The notes: generated by a model not told the origin, from the letters alone. A DNA stretch of 64,000 nucleotides from Gemmatimonadales bacterium (GCA_036390255.1 DASWCE010000230.1:5701-69700); one strand, 5' to 3'. Positions 41,483-51,710 are shown, numbered from the stretch's first letter. Numbers and translations: made by a program.

Positions 41483-41569
41483 GGACAGGTGGGTGAGTGG
41501 TTGAAACCGCCGGTCTCGAAAACCGGTATGCCCGCAAGGGCATCGAGGGTTCGAATCCCTCCCTGTCCG
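41483..41569 (+). tRNA. tRNA-Ser (anticodon CGA)
   Basis: Acceptor GGACAGG/CCTGTCC, anticodon stem CCGGT/ACCGG with loop CTCGAAA, long variable arm ATGCCC-GCA-GGGCAT, T-loop GGTTCGAATCC. Lies 3 nt after the previous tRNA. Confidence 0.93.
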
Positions 41570-41574
41570 TCCCC

Positions 41575-42333
41575 ATGGGAATCTGGAACAGCACGCTGGT
41601 GTACGTCGGCGCGCGCACGCTGCTCGCGGGAGCGATGATCGCGCTGCTCCTCCGGCGTCAGGTCGGTCCATGGTACGCCGGCGGGCAGGTGGTTTCCGAT
41701 CTCTCCTGTGCGGCGTTTCTGCTGGCGTACGTCAATCCGGACATTCGCGACGACGTCGGCGTTCTCGTCATACCACTCCTGCTGTACGTGCTGTACTGGG
41801 AAGCGACGCGATTTCTCGACAACCGGCGCGCGGCCGCCGCGCGCGACGATGAGGAAAGCACGCTCGATACGGTCCTGCGCGTGTACGGTTCGATGTGGGC
41901 ATTCGGGTTCGTGATGCCTGCCGTGCTGGCCGGTGGTTTTCTGATGTTCGACCTGCTGGCGCCCGGACAATGGCCGTTCCCGAATCCGCGGCCCGGCCTG
42001 GTCTGTGACCCGTCGCAGCTCGAGCCGGGAGCAGCCCTGACGATGCGCATGAGCGTCCCCCATGGCGCGGAGCTGAGCGTGTTCACGCCGACCGGCCGCT
42101 CGCTTGTCGTCGTCCCGTTCGTGCAATTGGGGACGCAGCCCCGCGGTTCCGGGTTCGACTATACTGCTCGGCTGACGCTCGCGACGGATACGGTGACGGG
42201 ACTTGCCGCGCCGGGCTCGCGTCCGGAACGCGTCTTCGCCGATTCCGGCGTCTACATGCTGAGAGTCAGCTCGGAAGCGGAGTTCAATGCCTCGCAGGTT
42301 TGCCGCGTACGCTACAATTCGGGGAAATCATGA
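41575..42333 (+). CDS. Hypothetical membrane protein (N-terminal TM bundle plus beta-rich C-terminal domain)
   Basis: ORF with about 4 hydrophobic segments and no motif I recognise. ATG 41575 is only 5 nt after the tRNA 3' end; alternative starts at 41599 and 41635. Confidence 0.5.
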   Translation: MGIWNSTLVYVGARTLLAGAMIALLLRRQVGPWYAGGQVVSDLSCAAFLLAYVNPDIRDDVGVLVIPLLLYVLYWEATRFLDNRRAAAARDDEESTLDTVLRVYGSMWAFGFVMPAVLAGGFLMFDLLAPGQWPFPNPRPGLVCDPSQLEPGAALTMRMSVPHGAELSVFTPTGRSLVVVPFVQLGTQPRGSGFDYTARLTLATDTVTGLAAPGSRPERVFADSGVYMLRVSSEAEFNASQVCRVRYNSGKS

Positions 42334-43130
42334 ACGCGCTCTTCAGCCTGCTTACGCCGCTCTGCCTGCTGCAATCGGTCGAGTATCGCTCTCCCGGGGG
42401 CGTCGAATACCGTGCGCAGCGCGATACCGGTGCCATTGCGCGCGCCGAGAGCGCGCTGGCCGCCGATCCGCGCAATATCGATCGGATCATCGCGTTGGGC
42501 GTCGCGCAATCCGGCGTGCGCCAATATCGCGAAGCGATCGAGACCTTCTCGCGCGGCCTCAAGATCGCGCCGAACAATGCGTTGCTGTATCGCTGGCGGG
42601 GGCATCGCTATCTCTCGACCCGCCAGTTCGATCGTGCGATGGACGACCTGACGCGCGGCGCGCGGCTCGACAGCACCATCTACGGCATCTGGTATCACCT
42701 CGGCATCGTGCGCTTCGTGCGGCGCGATTTCGCCGGCGCGGTCGACGCCTTCACGCGCGCCCTACCAATGGCGCCTGATTCCGGCGAGCGGTCCGGCTCC
42801 ACCGATTGGCTCTGGATGTCGCTGTCGCGTGCCGGTCGCACGGCGGAGGCGAGAGGCTTGCTGGATCGTCATCCGGACGTACCGCCCGCGGGCAACGCAT
42901 ACACGCAGCGGCTTCGGCTCTACCGTGGCGAGGTCTCGCCCGATTCGGTGTTTGCGCCCGCCGATACCAGCGACATCCAGGTTGCAACGCTGAGCTATGG
43001 GATCGGCAATTGGTATCTGGTGCGCGGCGATACGGCGCAAGCGCGCAAGTGGTTCGAGCGATCGATCGCCTCCGGCGGATGGCCGGCGTTCGGGTTCATC
43101 ATGTCGGAAGTGGAGTTGCGCAGACGATGA
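42330..43130 (+). CDS. TPR-repeat protein (NlpI-like)
   Basis: Signal-like MNALFSLLTPLCLLQS, TPR-like helices (YREAIETFSRGLKIAPNNALLYRWRGHRYL), and C-terminal YGIGNWYLVRGD...GWPAFGFIMSE; ATGA overlap. Confidence 0.7.
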   Translation: MNALFSLLTPLCLLQSVEYRSPGGVEYRAQRDTGAIARAESALAADPRNIDRIIALGVAQSGVRQYREAIETFSRGLKIAPNNALLYRWRGHRYLSTRQFDRAMDDLTRGARLDSTIYGIWYHLGIVRFVRRDFAGAVDAFTRALPMAPDSGERSGSTDWLWMSLSRAGRTAEARGLLDRHPDVPPAGNAYTQRLRLYRGEVSPDSVFAPADTSDIQVATLSYGIGNWYLVRGDTAQARKWFERSIASGGWPAFGFIMSEVELRRR

Positions 43131-43351
43131 CACGCACCGAATTCCGGCGCATGGCGCTGCGCTTGGTACAGTTGACTCCGGAGCAACAGGAGTTGTTCGT
43201 GCGCGCCGAGCCGAACACGTTCCAACCGGTGCCGGGAGGGTGGGGACGAAAAGGCAGCACACACGTCCTGCTCAAGACGGCCAAGAAAGCAGCGGTGCGT
43301 GAGGCGTTGAAGATCGCTTACACGAACCGTGCGCCCGGGAGATCCACATGA
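43127..43351 (+). CDS. Small hypothetical protein (74 aa)
   Basis: ORF bracketed by ATGA overlaps on both sides; no family confidently recognised. Confidence 0.45.
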   Translation: MTRTEFRRMALRLVQLTPEQQELFVRAEPNTFQPVPGGWGRKGSTHVLLKTAKKAAVREALKIAYTNRAPGRST

Positions 43352-44754
43352 AGCGCGTTAGTTTGTTCGCGTTGCTCATGACACAGCCGCTGCAGCTCTG
43401 CGCGCAGACCCCGCGGGCGCTTTCCCCAAACGATCAGCGCGCGCACGACATTTTTGAGCAGCTCATCAACATCAACACCACGGCGTCGAGCGGGAGTACG
43501 ACGATCGCCGCCAATGCGATGGCCAAGCGCCTGACCGAGGCCGGGTTTCCCGCGGCCGATGTGCAGGTCATGGGTCTCGAAGGCTCGAAGAACTACAATC
43601 TCGTCGCACGATTTCGCGGTACGGGTCGGGAGAAGGCGATTCTGTTGCTCGCGCATCTCGACGTCGTCGAGGCGAAGCGCGAGGACTGGTCGCTGGACCC
43701 GTTCACATTCGTCGAGCGTGATGGCTACTTCTACGGCCGGGGCACGCAGGATATCAAGGATGGCGGGGCCATCCTGGTCGCGACGTTCGTGCGACTCAAG
43801 CAGGAGGGGTATCGGCCAAACCGCGACTTGATCCTCGCCCTGACAACGGGCGAAGAAGGCGGGAGCGACTACAACGGTATCGAGTGGTTGCTGGCGCATC
43901 ACCGCGAGCTGATCGATGCGGCGTATGTGCTCAACATGGACGCCGGTGATCCAGTGATCATGAACGGGAAGCGCTTGATGCGACCGGTGCAGGCGAGCGA
44001 GAAGGTGTACGTGACGTTCAAGCTCGAGGTGCACAATCCCGGCGGGCATAGCTCGTTGCCGACGAAAGACAATGCGATCTACCGCCTGGCGTCCGCTCTT
44101 GGCCGGTTGAGCGCGTACGAATTTCCGGCGCAGCTCAACGAGATCACGCGCACCTTTTTCCAGCGGATGGCCGCGCTGCAGCAGGGACAGCTCGCCACCG
44201 ACATGGCCGGGGTGGCGGGGCCGACACCCGATGCAGCGGCGATCCGCCGGTTGTCGGACGTCAGCCCGCTGTATAACGCGCAACTGCGCACGACGTGCGT
44301 CGCGACCGAGCTCTCCGGCGGTCACGCCGAAAACGCGCTGCCGCAGACCGCGACCGCGACGGTGAATTGCCGGATGCTGCCCGGGACCCCGTCGGACGAG
44401 GTCCAGGGGATGCTGAGCAGGGTTGTCGCCGACACAGCCGTGAAGGTCAGCGTGGTGACCGCGGCAACTCCGAGTCCACCGTCGTCGCTCACCCCGGCGA
44501 TCATGGACCCAATCGAGCACGTGACCAAACGCCTCTGGAATATCCCGGTCGTTCCGGTGATGGAAACGGGCGCCACCGATGGGCTGTATCTGCGCAACGC
44601 CGGCATTCCCGTCTACGGCGTCTCGGGGGTCTTCATCGACGTCACCGATATTCGCGCCCACGGCCGCGACGAGCGCGTTGGAGTGCAGGATTTCTACGAC
44701 GGCGCCGAGTACATCTATCAACTCGTGAAGGCGGTCTCATCAGCACAACGGTGA
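43348..44754 (+). CDS. Exported M20-family metallopeptidase
   Basis: Signal peptide MKRVSLFALLMTQPLQLCAQ; metal/catalytic motifs LLAHLDVV, GRGTQDIKDG and TTGEEGGS. Confidence 0.85.
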   Translation: MKRVSLFALLMTQPLQLCAQTPRALSPNDQRAHDIFEQLININTTASSGSTTIAANAMAKRLTEAGFPAADVQVMGLEGSKNYNLVARFRGTGREKAILLLAHLDVVEAKREDWSLDPFTFVERDGYFYGRGTQDIKDGGAILVATFVRLKQEGYRPNRDLILALTTGEEGGSDYNGIEWLLAHHRELIDAAYVLNMDAGDPVIMNGKRLMRPVQASEKVYVTFKLEVHNPGGHSSLPTKDNAIYRLASALGRLSAYEFPAQLNEITRTFFQRMAALQQGQLATDMAGVAGPTPDAAAIRRLSDVSPLYNAQLRTTCVATELSGGHAENALPQTATATVNCRMLPGTPSDEVQGMLSRVVADTAVKVSVVTAATPSPPSSLTPAIMDPIEHVTKRLWNIPVVPVMETGATDGLYLRNAGIPVYGVSGVFIDVTDIRAHGRDERVGVQDFYDGAEYIYQLVKAVSSAQR

Positions 44755-45884
44755 AGAAAGGCGGTCTCGACGGCGTCGTCGCCGCTCAGACGCGTCTCAG
44801 TCACGTCGATGGTCAGGCGGGTGAGCTGATCATCGGAGGCTACCAGCTCAAGGAGCTGGCGGGCCGTGTCGCGTTCGAGGAAGCAGCGCACCTTCTGTGG
44901 TGCGGCGCGCTGCCGACTCGGGACGAGCTGGCGACGCTGCGGCGCGAGATCGCCGAGCTGCGCGCGCTACCGGACGAGACGATGCGGGTGGTGCGGGCAG
45001 CGGCGCAGACGCCGCCCATCGACGCGTTGCGCATGGCCTGCGCGACGATGTCGCTCGACCTCGCGCATCCCGACGACATTTCCCCCTCCGCCGACATGGC
45101 AGCGGCCAAGCTGCTCACGGCGCGTTTTCCGACGGTCGTCGCGGCTCACACACGGCTGAGCGCTGGCAAGCAGCCGATCGCGCCGCGCGCCGATCTGCCG
45201 CTGTCCGCGAACTTCCTCTATATGGTGCACGGCAAAGAGCCCGACCCGATCGCGGCGCGCGCGATCGACACCTACTGGGTGACGGTCATCGATCACGGGA
45301 TGAACGCATCGACGTTTGCCGCGCGCGTGATCGCCAGCACGCGCTCCGACATGGTGAGCGCGGTCACCGGCGCCATCGGGGCCTTGAAGGGCCCGCTCCA
45401 CGGGGGTGCCCCCGGACCGGTGCTCGACATGCTCAAGGACATCGAGTCGGCCGATCGTGCCGAGCAGTGGGTTCGCGCTGAGCTGGCGGCGGGCCGGCGC
45501 ATCATGGGATTCGGGCATCGCGTGTACAAGGTGCGTGACCCACGCGCGGATGTGTTGAGCAAGGTCGCCAACGAGCTGGGTGCGGCGGCGCTCGAGAACC
45601 GCAAGCTGTTCGATCTGGCGCGTGCCGCCGAGCAGACGATTCTCAGAGTGCTCGAGGAGGCGAAGCCGGGGCGCAACCTCCGGACGAATGTCGAGTTCTA
45701 CACAGCGCTGGTGCTGCAGGCGCTGGGTCTCGAGCCACGCTCGTTCGTGGCGACATTCGCCTGTGGACGCGTGGCAGGGTGGTGCGCGCATGTGATCGAG
45801 CAGCATGCGGAAGACCATCTCATCCGTCCGCAGTCGGAGTACATCGGGCCGCGAGACTTGAGAGTGAAGGGAGGCACGTCATGA
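44751..45884 (+). CDS. Citrate synthase family protein (short, about 377 aa type)
   Basis: GPLHGGAPG and GFGHRVYKVRDPR catalytic-His motifs; GTGA overlap with the M20 stop. The ORF-track start 44295 is an upstream extension. Confidence 0.9.
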   Translation: MKKGGLDGVVAAQTRLSHVDGQAGELIIGGYQLKELAGRVAFEEAAHLLWCGALPTRDELATLRREIAELRALPDETMRVVRAAAQTPPIDALRMACATMSLDLAHPDDISPSADMAAAKLLTARFPTVVAAHTRLSAGKQPIAPRADLPLSANFLYMVHGKEPDPIAARAIDTYWVTVIDHGMNASTFAARVIASTRSDMVSAVTGAIGALKGPLHGGAPGPVLDMLKDIESADRAEQWVRAELAAGRRIMGFGHRVYKVRDPRADVLSKVANELGAAALENRKLFDLARAAEQTILRVLEEAKPGRNLRTNVEFYTALVLQALGLEPRSFVATFACGRVAGWCAHVIEQHAEDHLIRPQSEYIGPRDLRVKGGTS

Positions 45885-46303
45885 CCGGTCGTCTCGTTGC
45901 ACTGCTCTTGATTGCTTGCAGCACGCGAGGGCTCGCCCAGGTCGAGGACTCGGTGCGCGCCGTAGAAATGAGCCGGCGGCAGGCACTGCTCGCAGCTGAC
46001 ACGGTGGCCCTCTCGCGCATGCTGGCTCCCGACTTCGTCGAGATCTCTCGCCTGGGCGCGATCCGCACGCGTGCCGACAATATTCGTGACATCGCAAGCG
46101 GTGACCTGCATCTCACGGCGATCAACTACGACAGTCTCACCGTAAGGCTCTACGGTGATGTCGCGGTGCTGACGGGCATCGCGAACAATACGGGCACGTT
46201 TCACGGCTTTCCGTTCAGCGGGAAGATTCGATACACGCGAGTCTTCGTTCGCCGGGACGGACGCTGGCAGGCCGTGTTGATGCAACAGACGCCGATCCCA
46301 TAA
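45881..46303 (+). CDS. Exported NTF2-like (DUF4440/SnoaL-like) protein
   Basis: Signal peptide MTGRLVALLLIACSTRGLAQ; cone-fold-like pattern ending FVRRDGRWQAVLMQQT. Confidence 0.7.
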   Translation: MTGRLVALLLIACSTRGLAQVEDSVRAVEMSRRQALLAADTVALSRMLAPDFVEISRLGAIRTRADNIRDIASGDLHLTAINYDSLTVRLYGDVAVLTGIANNTGTFHGFPFSGKIRYTRVFVRRDGRWQAVLMQQTPIP

Positions 46304-46306
46304 GAC

Positions 46307-47245
46307 TTGGCGCATCCCGTACTGGTCGCTGCGGAGCTCAAGAATCTCCTCGAGCCGACGCAGCTCGTAGATCTCGACATCACCTGGCTCGCGGCTGATC
46401 AGCCTACGCCAAAAGGCGACTGGGTGGCAATCGTCCCGTTGTTGTCGCGTTGGGTCGGCGGTACCGAATTCAAAAACATGCCCAGACTTCGGATCGTCGC
46501 GAACTGCGCCGTCGGTTACAACAATGTCGATCTCGTGGCCGCCGAGATGCGTGGGATTCTCGTCACCAACACTCCCGGCGTGCTCACGGAAGCGACCGCC
46601 GACCTGACGTGGGCGCTGATCCTCGCCCTGGCCCGTCGGCTCGTCGAAGGCGTCGATCTCGTGCGGAGCGGCCAGTGGACCGGCTGGCACCCCGAACAAC
46701 TGCTTGGCCTCGAGTTGCGCGGGCGGACCCTCGGGTTGCTCGGCGCCGGGCGGATCGGGCAGGCGGTCGGCCGGCGGGCCCCGCCATTCGGCTTGCGGAT
46801 CCTCTACACGGCCCGCACGCCGAAGCCGGAGTTCGAGCGCGAGACGGGAGCGCGGCGCGTGGATACCAACCAGCTGCTCGCCGACAGCGACATCCTGAGC
46901 ATCCACGTGCCGTCGACGCCCGAAACGAAGGGGATGATCAACGGCGAGACGCTCGCACGGATGAAACGCGGTGCCATTCTGATCAACACCTCGCGCGGCG
47001 ATGTGATTCGCGAGGAGGCGCTCGCCAAGTCGCTCGAGCTGGGCCATCTCGGCGCGGCGGGTCTCGACGTGTATGCCGATGAACCCCACATCCATCGGCG
47101 ACTGCGGGCGGCGCCACGGACAGTGCTGTTGCCCCACATCGGCAGCGCGACCGAGGCGACGCGGCGCAAGATGGCTGCGATCGCGATTGAAAACGTCCAG
47201 TCGGTCCTGAGCGGCAAACCGCCTTTAACCCCGGTATATTCTTAG
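46307..47245 (+). CDS. D-isomer-specific 2-hydroxyacid dehydrogenase (glyoxylate/hydroxypyruvate reductase-like)
   Basis: NAD site LGLLGAGRIGQAVGRR, NTSRGDVI and PHIGSAT; TTG start. Confidence 0.9.
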   Translation: MAHPVLVAAELKNLLEPTQLVDLDITWLAADQPTPKGDWVAIVPLLSRWVGGTEFKNMPRLRIVANCAVGYNNVDLVAAEMRGILVTNTPGVLTEATADLTWALILALARRLVEGVDLVRSGQWTGWHPEQLLGLELRGRTLGLLGAGRIGQAVGRRAPPFGLRILYTARTPKPEFERETGARRVDTNQLLADSDILSIHVPSTPETKGMINGETLARMKRGAILINTSRGDVIREEALAKSLELGHLGAAGLDVYADEPHIHRRLRAAPRTVLLPHIGSATEATRRKMAAIAIENVQSVLSGKPPLTPVYS

Positions 47246-47250
47246 CTACC

Positions 47251-47790
47251 TTGAGCACCGAGATCCGCACCCAAATCCTCGACGCCCGCGCGATGTCGCG
47301 GGCGTTGCAGCGTATGGCCGTGGAAATCACCGAGCAGGCGCACGGCACGGACGACCTGGTGCTCATCGGCATCCAGCGTCGCGGTGTCGAGCTCGCCGAA
47401 CGCCTCGCCAAACTCATCGAGAAGGAAGAAGGCGCAGAGGTGCAGCGCGGCGCGCTCGACATCACGCTGTACCGCGACGATCTCGAAACGGTCGGTCCCA
47501 AACCCGTAATCGGTGAGACGCACATTCCGGGCGACCTCACCGACAAACACGTGGTCATCGTGGACGACGTGCTGTTCACGGGCCGCACCGCGCGCGCGGC
47601 GCTCGACGAGCTGGCCGATTTCGGACGCCCGAAACGCATCTCGCTGTGCGTGCTGGTGGACCGCGGCGGTCGAGAACTTCCGATTCAGGCCGATATCATC
47701 GGGAAGTCGGTCAAGACGAGAAGCGGGGATCGCGTCGACGTGCAGGTCGAAGAGCTGGACGGCCGGGACGAGGTGGACTTGATCCAATGA
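47251..47790 (+). CDS. pyrR: Bifunctional pyrimidine operon regulator / uracil phosphoribosyltransferase
   Basis: LIGIQRRGV and PRPP site [17 protein letters not shown]; lies upstream of pyrB. Confidence 0.92.
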   Translation: MSTEIRTQILDARAMSRALQRMAVEITEQAHGTDDLVLIGIQRRGVELAERLAKLIEKEEGAEVQRGALDITLYRDDLETVGPKPVIGETHIPGDLTDKHVVIVDDVLFTGRTARAALDELADFGRPKRISLCVLVDRGGRELPIQADIIGKSVKTRSGDRVDVQVEELDGRDEVDLIQ

Positions 47791-48752
47791 CCAGTTCGAT
47801 TCTCGGCAAGGATCTCACGGGGCTCGAGCACATGACGCCGGAGCAGATCCGGCTCATTCTCGACACTGCCGAGCCATTCAAGGAAGTGTCCGAGCGCCCC
47901 ATCAAGAAAGTTCCGGCGCTCCGCGGCAAGACGATCGTCAACCTGTTCTTCGAAGCCTCTACCCGCACACGCGTCTCCTTCGAATTCGCCGAGAAGCGGC
48001 TGTCGGCCGATACCGTCAACGTGGCGGCGACTGGCTCCTCCGTCTCGAAGGGCGAGACCCTGGTCGATACGGCGCGGAACCTCGAGGCGATGCGCATCGA
48101 TATGGTCGTGATCCGCCATCCCTCCTCGGGCGCGGCGGAGTTCCTCGGCGATCGCATCGCGTCGAACGTCATCAACGCCGGCGACGGCAAGCACGAGCAT
48201 CCGACCCAGGCGCTGCTCGATCTGCTGACGATCCGCGACAAGCACGGCAAGATCGCCGGTCTCAAGGTCTGCCTGGTCGGCGATGTGCTGCACTCCCGGG
48301 TCGCGCGCTCGAACCTCTGGGGGCTCACGAAGCTCGGCGCCGAAGTCGCCGTCTGCGGCCCCTGGACGCTGATGCCGCGGGGGATCGAAGAGCTGGGCGT
48401 GCGCGTGTTCGGGCGCGTCGAAGCGGCAATCGAGTGGGGAGCGGACGTGCTCAACGTCTTGCGCCTGCAGCTCGAGCGCATGGAGACGGGATTCATCCCG
48501 AGTCTGCGCGAGTACTATCGCGTCTTCGGTGTGACAGCGGAGCGGCTCGAGCGCTCGCCCAAACCGATCACGATCATGCACCCCGGACCGATGAATCGCG
48601 GCGTCGAGATCGACTCACGCGTGGCTGACGGGCCGCACAGCATCATCCTCGATCAAGTCACCAACGGCGTCGCGGTGCGGATGGCGGTGCTGTACCTGCT
48701 CGCCGGCGGCCGCGCGGAGCTCGCGGATGCCGCGAAGCGAGGGACGGAGTGA
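47787..48752 (+). CDS. pyrB: Aspartate carbamoyltransferase catalytic subunit
   Basis: [17 protein letters not shown] and HPGPMNRG motifs; ATGA overlap. Confidence 0.96.
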   Translation: MTSSILGKDLTGLEHMTPEQIRLILDTAEPFKEVSERPIKKVPALRGKTIVNLFFEASTRTRVSFEFAEKRLSADTVNVAATGSSVSKGETLVDTARNLEAMRIDMVVIRHPSSGAAEFLGDRIASNVINAGDGKHEHPTQALLDLLTIRDKHGKIAGLKVCLVGDVLHSRVARSNLWGLTKLGAEVAVCGPWTLMPRGIEELGVRVFGRVEAAIEWGADVLNVLRLQLERMETGFIPSLREYYRVFGVTAERLERSPKPITIMHPGPMNRGVEIDSRVADGPHSIILDQVTNGVAVRMAVLYLLAGGRAELADAAKRGTE

Positions 48753-50032
48753 GCCGGCCCATCCTATTGCAGGGCGGTCGCGTCATCGATCCGAGCCGCG
48801 ACCTGGATGATCCCGCCGATGTGCTCATTCAGGACGGAAAGATCACGGCGGTCGGGCGAAGCCTCACGGCGCCAGATGGTGCCGTCGTCCGCAATGTGAA
48901 AGGCAAGGTCGTCGCACCGGGTCTCGTGGACCTCCACGTCCATCTGCGCGAGCCGGGCAATGAAGACGAAGAGACGGTCGCGAGCGGCGCGCGTGCGGCT
49001 GCCGCGGGCGGGTTCACCGCAATCTGCGCGATGCCCAACACCGATCCCGTGACCGACAATCAAGCGGCCGTCGGCTTCATCGTGCGGCAGTCCGGTCTTG
49101 CCGGCCTCGCGCGCGTGCATCCGATCGGCGCCGTCTCGATCGGCCAGAAAGGCGAACGACTGGCGGAGTTCGGGGAGATGGTGAGTGCCGGCGCCGTCGC
49201 GGTCTCCGACGACGGCAAGCCGGTCGTCTCGAGCCATCTCATGCGGACGGCGCTCGAGTACGCCCGCACGTTCAATGTCCCGGTCGCCGATCACTGCGAA
49301 GACCCGACGTTGGCGGCCGGCGGTGTCATGCACGAGGGCCTGGTCTCCACGCGCCTCGGTCTCAAGGGGATTCCGTCGGCCGCTGAAGAGATCATGGTGG
49401 CGCGCGATGTCGTCCTGGCCGAGCTGACCGGCGGGCACGTGCATCTGTGCCACATGTCCTGCCGCGGCTCGGTGGCAATCATTCGCGAGGCGAAGGAGCG
49501 CGGCATCCGCGTGACGGCCGAAGTGACGCCGCATCACTTGACGCTCACGGATTACGCGTGTGAGGAGTACGATACGCATGCCAAGATGAACCCGCCGCTC
49601 CGCGAGGCCGCCGACGTCGCCGCCCTCCGCGGCGCGCTCAAGGAGGGCGTGATCGACTGCATCGCCTCCGATCACGCGCCCCACGCGTACGACGAAAAAG
49701 AGGCCGCCTTCGACGATGCGCCGTTCGGGGTCGTGGGCCTCGAAACCGCGTTCGGCGTGGCGCATACGGAGCTGGTGGAGAGCGGCCTGTTCACGCTGCC
49801 CGAGCTGATTCGCCGCATGAGCACGGATGCGGCGCGCGCCTTTCACTTGCCCGGTGGCACCCTCGCGCCAGGCTCGGTCGCGGACGTTGCTGTCTTCGAT
49901 ACCGCGGCGAAGTGGTCCGTCGACCCGGCCGCATTTCACTCCAAGAGCCGCAACACCCCATTCACCGGTCGCGCACTGACGGGACGCGCGGTCCTCACCA
50001 TCGTCGCCGGCACGATCGCCCACGACCTGTGA
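48749..50032 (+). CDS. pyrC: Dihydroorotase
   Basis: [11 protein letters not shown] and IASDHAPH motifs; GTGA overlap. Confidence 0.93.
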   Translation: MSRPILLQGGRVIDPSRDLDDPADVLIQDGKITAVGRSLTAPDGAVVRNVKGKVVAPGLVDLHVHLREPGNEDEETVASGARAAAAGGFTAICAMPNTDPVTDNQAAVGFIVRQSGLAGLARVHPIGAVSIGQKGERLAEFGEMVSAGAVAVSDDGKPVVSSHLMRTALEYARTFNVPVADHCEDPTLAAGGVMHEGLVSTRLGLKGIPSAAEEIMVARDVVLAELTGGHVHLCHMSCRGSVAIIREAKERGIRVTAEVTPHHLTLTDYACEEYDTHAKMNPPLREAADVAALRGALKEGVIDCIASDHAPHAYDEKEAAFDDAPFGVVGLETAFGVAHTELVESGLFTLPELIRRMSTDAARAFHLPGGTLAPGSVADVAVFDTAAKWSVDPAAFHSKSRNTPFTGRALTGRAVLTIVAGTIAHDL

Positions 50033-50688
50033 ACGCGAGTGCGGTAGCCCGGCGCATGGCGCTGTGCTGCCGGCAGCTCGCAGCGCAGGGACTGATTGCG
50101 GGGCGGGACGGGAATCTGTCGGTGCGTCTGGGCGCCGATCGCGTCCTCGTCACGCCGAGCGGATTCATCAAATCGCTGCTCAAGCCGGCCGACATGGTCG
50201 AAGTCGATCTCGCCGGGAAGCCGCGCAAGCGCGGCACTCGCAAGCCTACCAGCGAGTTGGACTTACACCTGCGTATCCTGCGCCATCGCCCGGACGTGCA
50301 TGCCGTGGTGCACGCGCATCCGCCTGTGGCTACAGGATTTGCCGTTGCGGGCGAAGAGATTCCGGGCAATTTGTTGCCGGAGCTTATCTTCGTGGTGGGA
50401 CCGGTGCCGCTCGTGCCCTTCGGGATGCCAGGTACGCCGGAGCTTGGCGATCGCATGGTCCCATACATCGCAGCCACACGTCACCAGGCGCTGCTGCTGG
50501 CGAATCATGGCGCCGTGACGATGGGCAAGACGCTCGACGAGGCCTGGATTCGGATGGAGAGTCTCGAGCACGCGGCGCGCATCATCGCCGCGGCGCGCGC
50601 GATCGGAGAGCCGAAACCCCTGACCGCGCTGTCCGTCGAGAGACTCGAAGTACTGCGCGCCCAAGTGCAGCGGGAGAAGGATGCCTAA
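50029..50688 (+). CDS. Class II aldolase/adducin-domain protein
   Basis: GRDGNLSVR, SELDLHL and HAVVHAHPP metal-binding His cluster; GTGA overlap with pyrC. Confidence 0.85.
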   Translation: MNASAVARRMALCCRQLAAQGLIAGRDGNLSVRLGADRVLVTPSGFIKSLLKPADMVEVDLAGKPRKRGTRKPTSELDLHLRILRHRPDVHAVVHAHPPVATGFAVAGEEIPGNLLPELIFVVGPVPLVPFGMPGTPELGDRMVPYIAATRHQALLLANHGAVTMGKTLDEAWIRMESLEHAARIIAAARAIGEPKPLTALSVERLEVLRAQVQREKDA

Positions 50689-51439
50689 GGGATCGTCCAA
50701 GAGTGCCGCGGCGATTCAGCGGCTGTTGGAAGAGCGCCGCCAGTACGAGGCGTGGCTTGCGCGCATCAAGGCGACGGCCGACGCGGCACCCGAGCACGTC
50801 CGTACGCGTGTGAAAGCCGACTACGAGGCGCGACTCAAGGCGGTCACTGAAGAGCTGAGAGCCCACGCCGATGCCGCACGCCAGCTGATCGCCCAGCGGA
50901 AGGAAATGCTGCTCGAGCTCCAGAAAAAAGAAAAGGCGGCCGCCGAGCGCCTGGCGGAGACGGAGCTGCGGCATGAGGTCGGCGAATACGACGAAACGCA
51001 GTGGGCGCAGGTCCACAAGGACGCGCTCGCGGACCTCGGTGCGGTTCGCGACGAGCTGCTGGATGCCGAGCGCGACATCACCCGGCTCGAGGAGCTCGAC
51101 GCGCTCGTGAAAGCCAAACCCACCCCCCCCTCCCGGGGCGTGGCAGCGGAGCTCACGCTCACTCCTTCGCCGCCGCCCAAATCCGAGAAGCGCAAGACAC
51201 CGATGGACGAACTCGCGTTCCTCAAGTCGGTGACGGAAGACGACAAGAACGCGCCGTCGCCGCGACGGGCGAGCGGCGCGCAATATCAGGTCGACGATCC
51301 GCAGGATGCCACACCCCACGCCCCGGTCGACGAAGACGCGCCCGTCGAGAAGACGCTCAAGTGCCGCCAATGCGGGACGATGAATCTGGCGACGGAATGG
51401 TACTGCGAAAACTGCGGCGCGGAGCTGGCCGCGATGTAG
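50681..51439 (+). CDS. Coiled-coil protein with C-terminal zinc ribbon
   Basis: Long heptad-like, charged N-terminal half, Pro/acidic linker, and C-terminal LKCRQCGTMNLATEWYCENCG (CxxC...CxxC). Confidence 0.6.
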   Translation: MPKGSSKSAAAIQRLLEERRQYEAWLARIKATADAAPEHVRTRVKADYEARLKAVTEELRAHADAARQLIAQRKEMLLELQKKEKAAAERLAETELRHEVGEYDETQWAQVHKDALADLGAVRDELLDAERDITRLEELDALVKAKPTPPSRGVAAELTLTPSPPPKSEKRKTPMDELAFLKSVTEDDKNAPSPRRASGAQYQVDDPQDATPHAPVDEDAPVEKTLKCRQCGTMNLATEWYCENCGAELAAM

Positions 51440-51440
51440 C

Positions 51441-51710
51441 CTATGCCGAAGCTTTTTCCTTCAGCTTTTTCACGAGCGCCGCGAGGCGGGACTTCTGCCG
51501 CGCGGCGTTGTTTTTGTGGATGAGTCCTTTGCGCGCGGCGCGATCGAGGACGCTGGCGGCGAGGGCGTACGCCGCGGCGGCAGCGTCGGCGGTGGCGGCG
51601 GCGCGCACGTGCTTCAGCGCGGTGCGCAGCGACGAGCGTTGGGCGCGGTTGCGGATGGTGCGCGTGCGCGCCTGGCGCATCGCTTTCTTCGCGGATTTGA
51701 TCTTCGGCAT
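51441..51710 (-). CDS. rpsT: 30S ribosomal protein S20
   Basis: MPKIKSAKKAMRQARTRTIRNR; 89 aa from the internal ATG at 51710. Confidence 0.93.
   Translation of the reverse strand: MPKIKSAKKAMRQARTRTIRNRAQRSSLRTALKHVRAAATADAAAAAYALAASVLDRAARKGLIHKNNAARQKSRLAALVKKLKEKASA

Noticed and set aside
41393-41569. Possibility that one of the long-variable-arm tRNAs is tRNA-Sec (selC), given selB in the window.
   Set aside because: The hand-folded anticodon loops read CTGGAGA and CTCGAAA, giving anticodons GGA and CGA, not UCA. Both have ordinary 7-bp acceptor stems and Ser-type D arms.
41570-43351. Genomic island integrated at the tandem tRNA-Ser genes.
   Set aside because: There is no integrase or recombinase, I noticed no direct repeat of a tRNA 3' end downstream, and composition and overlap architecture match the rest of the window.
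47246-47250. PyrR-binding attenuator/anti-terminator RNA upstream of pyrR-pyrB.
   Set aside because: The gap is 5 nt, and I saw no UCCAGAGAGG-type PyrR box in the sequence just upstream or in the pyrR-pyrB junction (a 4-nt overlap).
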